A DNA stretch of 64,000 nt from Alphaproteobacteria bacterium (lineage in GTDB: Bacteria > Pseudomonadota > Alphaproteobacteria > Acetobacterales > Acetobacteraceae), in assembly GCA_016869735.1 (NCBI GenBank), contig VGDL01000003.1:8998-72997 (forward strand), written 5' to 3'. The notes under the pieces are model-generated. The model was given only the letters and a program-made list of their open reading frames with translations. It had not been told where the DNA came from and searched no databases. This document shows positions 57,833 to 64,000 of this stretch, piece by piece; position 1 is the stretch's first letter, and every line of letters starts with the position of its first letter. Position numbers and translations under genes: made by a program.

Positions 57833-58996
57833 TTAGCCGGGCAGCGCGAGGACATTCTTGCTGATGATATTGCGCTGGATTTCATTCGAACCGCCATAAA
57901 TGGTGGAAGGCCGCGCCTGAATGTAAAGCCCGGTCGGGTTCAGGTTGCGATTGCCTTCCATGGGGTCGAGCAAGCCGGCATTCTCGCCACAGATTTCCAG
58001 CATGGTATCCGTGATGCGCTGAAAGAGCTCTGTCTGAAACACCTTCAGCATGGACACATCGGGGCCGAGCGTCTCGCCGCGCCGCACCTTATCCACGAAA
58101 ACGCCATAGAGGGATTTCAGATCTTCCAGATCAAGCCGCAGCTTGGCGTAGGTATCCTGGAACACCGCATCTTCCCAGACCCCCATGCGTTCCGCGAGTT
58201 GCTTCAGGCGCGAGAACGCATAGGCCGAAAGCCGGGGGGAGCCGAGATAGATGCGTTCAAACGAAAGCAACGCCTTCGCCATATCCCAGCCGCGATTGGG
58301 CGTGCCGACCAGATTGGCCGCGGGCACGCGCACATTATCGAAGAACACCTCACAGAATTCGTCGTGATATTCCAGATTGATGATCGGCTTCACGGTGATG
58401 CCGGGGCTGGTCATATCCACCAGCAGGAAGGAAATGCCTTCCTGCTTTTTCGCATTCTTGTCCGTGCGCACGAGCAGGAAGCACCAATTGGCATCCATGG
58501 CGAGTGTGGTCCAGATCTTCTGGCCATTCACCACGTAATGATCGCCATCCAGCACGGCTTCGGTGCGAAGTGCCGCCAAATCCGACCCCGCATTGGGCTC
58601 CGAATAGCCCTGGCACCAGATATGTTCGCCAGAGAGAATTTTCGGCAGGAAGAATTGCTGCTGTTCGCGCGTGCCATGATTGATCAGCAGCGGGCCCACC
58701 ATGACAATGCCATGGTCATTGGTGCGCGCGCAGCCATGGCGTTCGATTTCCTCGGTGAAGATGATCTGCTTCGCCGGGGAAAGACCAAGCCCGCCAAATT
58801 CGCGCGGCCAGCCGGGGCAAAGCCAGCCTTTTTCCGCCAGCTTGAAATACCAGGGCTTGTTTTCATCCCAATGCAGGCGCTTTGGCGGATTGCGCAATTC
58901 GGCCGGGTAATTGCCTTCAATCCATTGCCGCACATGCAGGCGGAAGGCTTCATCTTCCAGCCGGTTCAGATCCTGGCTTTCGCGTGCTTCGATCAT
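57833..58996 (-). CDS. Acyl-CoA dehydrogenase family protein (387 aa)
   Basis: WCQGYSEPNAGSDLA and TIYGGSNEIQRNII blocks. ATG 58996 preceded by GGGAGG; the ORF-track start 59131 overlaps the hydratase gene. Confidence 0.9.
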   Translation of the reverse strand: MIEARESQDLNRLEDEAFRLHVRQWIEGNYPAELRNPPKRLHWDENKPWYFKLAEKGWLCPGWPREFGGLGLSPAKQIIFTEEIERHGCARTNDHGIVMVGPLLINHGTREQQQFFLPKILSGEHIWCQGYSEPNAGSDLAALRTEAVLDGDHYVVNGQKIWTTLAMDANWCFLLVRTDKNAKKQEGISFLLVDMTSPGITVKPIINLEYHDEFCEVFFDNVRVPAANLVGTPNRGWDMAKALLSFERIYLGSPRLSAYAFSRLKQLAERMGVWEDAVFQDTYAKLRLDLEDLKSLYGVFVDKVRRGETLGPDVSMLKVFQTELFQRITDTMLEICGENAGLLDPMEGNRNLNPTGLYIQARPSTIYGGSNEIQRNIISKNVLALPG

Positions 58997-59000
58997 CTGT

Positions 59001-59786
59001 TCAGCCTCCCGTAAAATTCGGCTTGCGCTTGGCGAAGAAGGCAGCGCGGCCTTCCTTGAAATCCTCGGTCGTGAAAAGCGCGGCCTGATAGGTTTGTTCC
59101 TGCGCCAAAGCCTCATCCAGGCCATCGGCAAAGATTTGCTTGGTGAAGGCGATGGGGCCTGGCGCTTCAGCGGCCAGGAAGCGCGCCTTTTCCAAAGCGG
59201 CTTCCAAAGCCTTGCCAGGTGGTGCGACGTAATCCACCAAACCGATGCGTTCGGCTTCCGGTGCGGCGATCACCTCATGGAAAAACAGGATGCGCCGCGC
59301 GCGGCCAATGCCGACACGTGCCGGCAGGAAATGCGGCAGGCCCATATCGGACATCAGGCCAATCTTGTGAAAACCCGCCGTGAAGCGCGCATCTTCGGCG
59401 GCGACAATCACATCGCACGCGCAAGCCACCGCCATGCCCGCACCCGCGGCCCAGCCTTCCACCGCGGCAACAATCGGCTTGCCGCCCTTGGCCATGAGGC
59501 GCACGAGCTTATGGGTGCGGCGCATCCGCTCCCGCCCAGCCAGCGTGCTATCAATATCCATCGAAGAAATATCGCCACCAGCGCAGAAAGTACCCTCGGC
59601 GCCCGTCACCACAATGGCGCGGATGGTATCATCGCCATGGGCGCGTTCCATCACGTCTTCCATTACGGCGCGCAGTACGGGCGCGATGGCATTTTTGCGC
59701 GATGGGCAATCAATGGTGACGATCAGCACCGCGCCATCGCGTTCTTCCAGAATGCGCTGCCGTAGCGGTTCGGCGGGCGCGCTCAT
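59001..59786 (-). CDS. Enoyl-CoA hydratase/isomerase (crotonase) family protein
   Basis: VVTGAEGTFCAGGDI, PIVAAVEGWAAGAGMAVA oxyanion-hole blocks. Confidence 0.9.
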   Translation of the reverse strand: MSAPAEPLRQRILEERDGAVLIVTIDCPSRKNAIAPVLRAVMEDVMERAHGDDTIRAIVVTGAEGTFCAGGDISSMDIDSTLAGRERMRRTHKLVRLMAKGGKPIVAAVEGWAAGAGMAVACACDVIVAAEDARFTAGFHKIGLMSDMGLPHFLPARVGIGRARRILFFHEVIAAPEAERIGLVDYVAPPGKALEAALEKARFLAAEAPGPIAFTKQIFADGLDEALAQEQTYQAALFTTEDFKEGRAAFFAKRKPNFTGG

Positions 59787-60853
59787 TCTGCATCCTCCGG
59801 CGCCAGCGCCATGAAGCGGCGGCGATGCAGGGCGGCAGAGCCGAATTGATTGGCAATCACCATGCCACGGCGCAGATAAAGCCCGACATCATATTCATCC
59901 GTGTAGCCAATGCCGCCATGCAACTGGATGCATTGGCGGAGCACCATCAACCCGCTTTCGCCCGCCCGCGCCTTAGCCTTGGAAACCGCGGCCTTGCGCG
60001 CATCCCCTGCCGCACCGCCATCCAAGGCTGCTGCCGCCGCTTCCACGGCTGCGCGCGTGAGCGACAGATGGATTTTCAAATCCGCCGCGCGGTGCTGCAA
60101 GGATTGGAAGGTGCCAATGATGCGGCCGAATTGCTGCCGGGTTTTCAGATAGGAAAGCGTCATGTCAAAGGCGCGTTCCATCAGCCCGACCATGGCGCCG
60201 GCTGTCATCAACGCGGCCTCATCCAAGGCGTCGTCCAAAACAGCGCCGATATCAGCGGCGATTCGCTTGCCCCGCGCAAGGTCAGCGCGCAGCGTGCCGA
60301 AATACCCGCCATCCATGGTCTTTTCCAAGATTGCATCAGCGCCAGCAGCGGGCACGGCGTAAAGCGCCAAGCCCGCACCTTCACGCACCGGCAGCAAAAA
60401 CACATCCGCGCCACCAGCTTGCGGGATGAAGACGCGCGGCGCATCGGCATTGCCAGGCGCTGCCAGCGTATCGGCGCGTTCCTGCCACGCTGTCAGCACC
60501 ACTTGCTGGCCGGCCAGCAAGGGACCGAGCAGCGCTTGATCATCCGCGCCTGCCAGCAAACGCGCCGATAGCATTGCCGGGATCAGCGGTTCAGGCGCCA
60601 GGCCGCCCGCGAGTTCTTCCGTCAGCGCAATCGCCTCACTCATGCCAAGCCCAGCGCCGCCGGCGGCTTCCTCCACCGCCAAGCCAATCCAGCCGAATTC
60701 ACCCATCTGGGCAAAAACGCGCTTGTCAAAACCAGGCGCGACAAAGCGCAGGCCGCGCACGCGTTTGCTATCCCCGCCACGCGGCGCCACCGCACCCGCG
60801 CTATCGCGAATCATGCGAATGGATTCCGCGCGTTCTTCCAAAACCTCACTCAT
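59783..60853 (-). CDS. Acyl-CoA dehydrogenase family protein (356 aa, shorter paralogue)
   Basis: ACAD C-terminal blocks (RQQFGRIIGTFQSLQH, LHGGIGYTDEYDVGLYLRR). 4-nt overlap with the hydratase gene. Confidence 0.85.
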   Translation of the reverse strand: MSEVLEERAESIRMIRDSAGAVAPRGGDSKRVRGLRFVAPGFDKRVFAQMGEFGWIGLAVEEAAGGAGLGMSEAIALTEELAGGLAPEPLIPAMLSARLLAGADDQALLGPLLAGQQVVLTAWQERADTLAAPGNADAPRVFIPQAGGADVFLLPVREGAGLALYAVPAAGADAILEKTMDGGYFGTLRADLARGKRIAADIGAVLDDALDEAALMTAGAMVGLMERAFDMTLSYLKTRQQFGRIIGTFQSLQHRAADLKIHLSLTRAAVEAAAAALDGGAAGDARKAAVSKAKARAGESGLMVLRQCIQLHGGIGYTDEYDVGLYLRRGMVIANQFGSAALHRRRFMALAPEDAE

Positions 60854-60886
60854 GCCCGTTTCCTCATTGCCCGCAGGGGCGCCTTT

Positions 60887-61528
60887 TTAGTTCGTGTGCA
60901 GCTTGGCGCCGCTGGCGGCCTGGATTTGATCAAAGGTGACACCGGGCGCCAAATCACGCACCACGAAGCCCTTGCCCTTCACCACATCCAAAACGCCAAG
61001 ATTGGTATAGACGCGGCTGACCGCGCCAGGTGTGGTCAGCGGATAGGTGCAGCGTTCCACAATCTTGTGCCCGCCATCCTTGGTGGTGTGTTCCATCACC
61101 ACCCAAAGCCGCTTGGCGCCGGCGCCAAGATCCATGGCACCACCCACCGCAGGTGCTGAATCATTTTCGCTGGTGGCCCAATTGGCGATATCGCCATTGG
61201 CCGCCACTTCGAAGGCGCCCAGCACGCAAAGATCAATATGCCCGCCACGGATCATGGCAAAGCTATCGGCGTGATGGAAATAGGAACCTCCCGGGCGCAG
61301 CGTAACAGCCTGCTTGCCGGCATTCACCAACCACGGATCCACCCTATCCGGCGCGGGCGCTGGACCCATGCCCAGAATGCCATTTTCCGAATGCAGAATC
61401 ACTTCACGTTCCAGCGGCACGTAATTCGCGATCATGGTCGGAATGCCAATACCAAGATTGACGAACCAGCCTTCCGGAATGTCTTCCGCGACACGGGCGG
61501 CCATTTGCTTGCGGTCAAAGCCAGTCAT
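60887..61528 (-). CDS. 3-oxoacid CoA-transferase subunit B family
   Basis: LHSENGILGMGP (active-site Glu block), GGAMDL. Confidence 0.9.
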   Translation of the reverse strand: MTGFDRKQMAARVAEDIPEGWFVNLGIGIPTMIANYVPLEREVILHSENGILGMGPAPAPDRVDPWLVNAGKQAVTLRPGGSYFHHADSFAMIRGGHIDLCVLGAFEVAANGDIANWATSENDSAPAVGGAMDLGAGAKRLWVVMEHTTKDGGHKIVERCTYPLTTPGAVSRVYTNLGVLDVVKGKGFVVRDLAPGVTFDQIQAASGAKLHTN

Positions 61529-61555
61529 GGTCTGATCCCCTTCTTTCCTGCCTGC

Positions 61556-62236
61556 TCATGCCCATGCCGGGCCGCGGTCAATGCGCAGCACGCGTTGCAC
61601 GAAAATGCCGGGCGTATGCACATTTTCCGGCACCAGCTCACCCAATTCGCGGATATGCATCACCTGCGCGATGGTCAGATCCGCGGCCATGGCCATGACT
61701 GGGTTGAAGTTCCGCCCGCTGGAACGGTAGGTCAGGTTGCCCCAACGGTCGCCCTCCCAGGCTTCAACAAGCGCCACATCGCCCTTCAGCGCATGTTCCA
61801 TGACATATGTCCGGCCATTGAAGTCGCGCTGTTCCTTGCCATTGGCCAGGATGGTGCCAACCGATGTCGCGGTGAAAAACGCCGGCACACCCGCGCCGGC
61901 AGCACGCATGCGTTCTGCCATGGTGCCCTGCGGCACGATCTCAAGCTCAATCTTGCCTTGGCGATAAAGTTCCTCAAACACCACGGAACCGGCGGAACGC
62001 GGGAAAGAACAAATGATTTTCCGCACCCGGCCCAATTCCATGAGCCGCGCGAGGCCAACGCGCCCCGTGCCGGCGTTATTCGCCACACAGGTCAGGCCGG
62101 TCGCGCCCTGTTCGATGAGCCCTTCAATCAAGTGGTCCGGCTGGCCGACAGCGCCGAAGCCACCGATCAATACGGTTGATCCATCCTTGATACCGGCCAT
62201 GGCGTCCGCCATAGATTGCACGATCTTGTTGATCAT
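61556..62236 (-). CDS. 3-oxoacid CoA-transferase subunit A family
   Basis: DGSTVLIGGFGAVGQP, QGTMAERMRAAGAG. Confidence 0.9.
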   Translation of the reverse strand: MINKIVQSMADAMAGIKDGSTVLIGGFGAVGQPDHLIEGLIEQGATGLTCVANNAGTGRVGLARLMELGRVRKIICSFPRSAGSVVFEELYRQGKIELEIVPQGTMAERMRAAGAGVPAFFTATSVGTILANGKEQRDFNGRTYVMEHALKGDVALVEAWEGDRWGNLTYRSSGRNFNPVMAMAADLTIAQVMHIRELGELVPENVHTPGIFVQRVLRIDRGPAWA

Positions 62237-62263
62237 TCGTTTCTTCCCATCATCATGCCGGCG

Positions 62264-63121
62264 TCAGGCGAAGCGGAACAGGCCATTGCTGACCACCACC
62301 TTGTCGCGTTCCACAACGCGCGCGCGGAAGGCGGCGCCACCAGCTTCGTGCCAAATCTCGGTGCGGATTGTCTCACCCGGATAGACCGGGGAGGAAAAGC
62401 GCAAATCCATCTTACCGAAGCGTGCCGTATCGTAACTGCAGAGTATTTTCAGCAGCGCATGGCAGACCGTGCCAAAGGTGCAAAGCCCATGCAGGATCGG
62501 GCGCGGAAAGCCTGCGGCGGCAGCTATTTTCGGGTCTATATGCAGCGGGTTCAAATCCGTGTTCAGCCGATAGATCAGCGCCTGTTCCGGGCGTGTTGCC
62601 AGATCAAGCGTCATATCCGGCGCGCGGTTCGGTTCAGGATGCGGCTGCTTCACCGGCCCGCTAGGCCCGCCAAAACCGCCATCGCCGCGTAGGAAGGATG
62701 TGCTGGTGAGTGTGGCCAGCAAGTCGCCCGTTTTCGCATCAATCACCTGGCGTTCGGAATACATGAGCGCGCCTTTGCCCTCACCGCGATCCACCAGGCC
62801 CGTCACGCGCGAACGGCCAATGATTTCGCCTTCGGTTGGCAAGGGCTTATGCAGGATCAAGCCCTGTTCGCCATGCACAATCTTCACCCAATCCATGCCG
62901 GTATCGGGATTGCGCGACCAAAAGCCCGGCGCGCCCAGCACTACAGGCATGGAGGGCATGACTTTCAGCCGCGGTTCATAGAGGAAATCGAGTTGCTGTT
63001 CATCCATCGGGTCCTGGCCGAGCCCGACAGAAAAATTATACATCGCCACATCCTGCCAACGCAGATGCTGGCGCATTTCCGGGATGGGGTAGTTCAGCAG
63101 CTTTTCATAGACGATCGGCAT
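62264..63121 (-). CDS. MaoC-like double hot-dog (R)-specific enoyl-CoA hydratase
   Basis: YRLNTDLNPLHIDPKIAAAAGFPRPILHGLCTFG hydratase-2 motif in the C-terminal half; degenerate hot-dog N-terminal half. ATG 63121. Confidence 0.85.
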   Translation of the reverse strand: MPIVYEKLLNYPIPEMRQHLRWQDVAMYNFSVGLGQDPMDEQQLDFLYEPRLKVMPSMPVVLGAPGFWSRNPDTGMDWVKIVHGEQGLILHKPLPTEGEIIGRSRVTGLVDRGEGKGALMYSERQVIDAKTGDLLATLTSTSFLRGDGGFGGPSGPVKQPHPEPNRAPDMTLDLATRPEQALIYRLNTDLNPLHIDPKIAAAAGFPRPILHGLCTFGTVCHALLKILCSYDTARFGKMDLRFSSPVYPGETIRTEIWHEAGGAAFRARVVERDKVVVSNGLFRFA

Positions 63122-63122
63122 T

Positions 63123-64000
63123 TCAATGCCCTTCCTCGATTTCAATCACCGCATCCGCGGCAAAGGCGCCCTGCCCTGCCGGCAGCACCAGCATGGGGTT
63201 AACATCAACGGAGGCCAAACGCGGCCCCGCCGCCACGGCAAAACGCGATAGCGCGGCAAGCGCTTCCGCCAGAGCCTTCACATCGGCCTTGGGTTTGCCG
63301 CGCGCACCATCCAGCAGGGGAAAACCCTTGAGCGAACGGATCATGGTTTCCGCTTCGGTCGCATTGAAGGGGCAGCGACGGAAGGCGACATCCTTCAGGA
63401 TTTCGATGAAGACACCGCCAAGCCCCACCATGGCCACAGGACCAAAGACGGGATCGCGCAGCACACCAAGCGCCATTTCAACGCCGCCGGTGATTTGCTT
63501 TGCAATCAGCACACCTTCGATGCGCGCCTTGGACGCGTGTTGCGCGGCGCGGGCGAGCAAGGTCGCATGCGCTTCACGCACCGCAGTGGCATTGCCCAGG
63601 TTCAAAATCACGCCACCGATTTCGCTTTTGTGCAGGATATCGGGCGAGAGGATTTTCGCCACCACCGGATAGCCCATGGCCTCCGCTGCGCGCACCGCTT
63701 CATCAGCACTGGCGCAGGCTTGCTCTGGCACAGCGGCCACGCCGGCTGCGGCCAGAAGGCGTTTGGCTTCGGCCTCGGTTGGGGTTTTTGCGGGCAGCGT
63801 AACATTCGGCAGCGCACCCGCCGCGCCCGCTTCCTGCCGCGCGAAATAGGCGCCGAAGCGGCCCATCGCAGCAATGGCATTCACCGCGCGCGTCGGGTCT
63901 TCGAAAACAAGGAAGCCGTCTTCTTCATATTCGCGCACTTTCTCACGCGAACAAATGGCAGACAGCACCCAAAGCCGATCACGGCGTTTGGCGATGGCAT
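63123..64000 (-). CDS. ADP-forming acyl-CoA synthetase (acetate--CoA ligase family), C-terminal ATP-grasp part; 5' end outside window
   Basis: EAEAKRLLAAAGVAAVPE...GYPVVAKILSPDILHKSEIGGV ATP-grasp block. The frame stays open to the window edge (...AIAKRRDRLWVLSAI). Confidence 0.8.
   Translation of the reverse strand, partial: AIAKRRDRLWVLSAICSREKVREYEEDGFLVFEDPTRAVNAIAAMGRFGAYFARQEAGAAGALPNVTLPAKTPTEAEAKRLLAAAGVAAVPEQACASADEAVRAAEAMGYPVVAKILSPDILHKSEIGGVILNLGNATAVREAHATLLARAAQHASKARIEGVLIAKQITGGVEMALGVLRDPVFGPVAMVGLGGVFIEILKDVAFRRCPFNATEAETMIRSLKGFPLLDGARGKPKADVKALAEALAALSRFAVAAGPRLASVDVNPMLVLPAGQGAFAADAVIEIEEGH

Noticed and set aside
49900-64000. Catabolic right-hand 14 kb as a horizontally acquired genomic island.
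   Set aside because: There is no integrase, transposase, tRNA, flanking direct repeats, or obvious compositional break that I can see by eye. It looks like ordinary accessory metabolism integrated in the chromosome.
1-64000. Scan for CRISPR repeats, tandem repeats, IS elements, retron or reverse-transcriptase genes, toxin-antitoxin pairs, classic defence genes, and tRNA/rRNA/tmRNA.
   Set aside because: None were recognised in intergenic regions or in the ORF translations. The intergenic spacers are short and mostly explained by hairpins or promoters. A computational scan (tRNAscan, Infernal against all of Rfam, repeat finders) would be needed to be definitive.

Overview
GC-rich, densely packed chromosomal segment with alphaproteobacterial gene order (rpoZ-spoT-acpS-lepB-rnc-era-recO; rpmH-rnpA-yidD-yidC-engB; an EipB/DUF1849-like gene; Tat-signal binding proteins). 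I support about 63 CDS, one riboswitch and a few hairpins. I saw no rRNA, tRNA, CRISPR array, transposase or integrase. Many junctions are ATGA start/stop overlaps, which suggests operons. Layout: 1-2.3 kb holds the phaC 3' end and an orphan PAS histidine kinase. 2.7-6.9 kb is a sugar-acid cluster. 6.97-8.7 kb is a TPP riboswitch in front of a lone family-5 binding protein. 8.7-18 kb is housekeeping (eipB-like, aspS, rnd, LPS-core GT4/GT9, thrS, infC). 18.2-20 kb is an orphan GT41/HMW1C-like glycosyltransferase. 20.1-26 kb is a photolyase neighbourhood with a CPD photolyase and an FeS-BCP (6-4)-type photolyase. 26-32 kb holds SixA-CYTH/CHAD, a nuclease, gltA, and NYN-UDG. 32-41.7 kb runs folK, rpoZ through recO, then parC. 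41.8-49.8 kb is a BMP-type ABC importer plus the rpmH operon. 49.9-64 kb is a regulator-less catabolic block: amidohydrolase-GMC-lipocalin, then MFS/amidohydrolase_2/PEP-mutase/amidase, then a roughly 8-gene CoA-thioester operon with paired acyl-CoA dehydrogenases. The best leads are the THI-box/family-5 SBP pairing, the orphan NGT-like glycosyltransferase, the secreted protein translationally coupled to an FeS photolyase, and the IpdAB-like/paired-ACAD operon. None of these is a clear-cut new multi-gene system. All product calls come from motif recognition by eye. No BLAST, HMM or covariance search could be run, and start codons are my choices from SD spacing.
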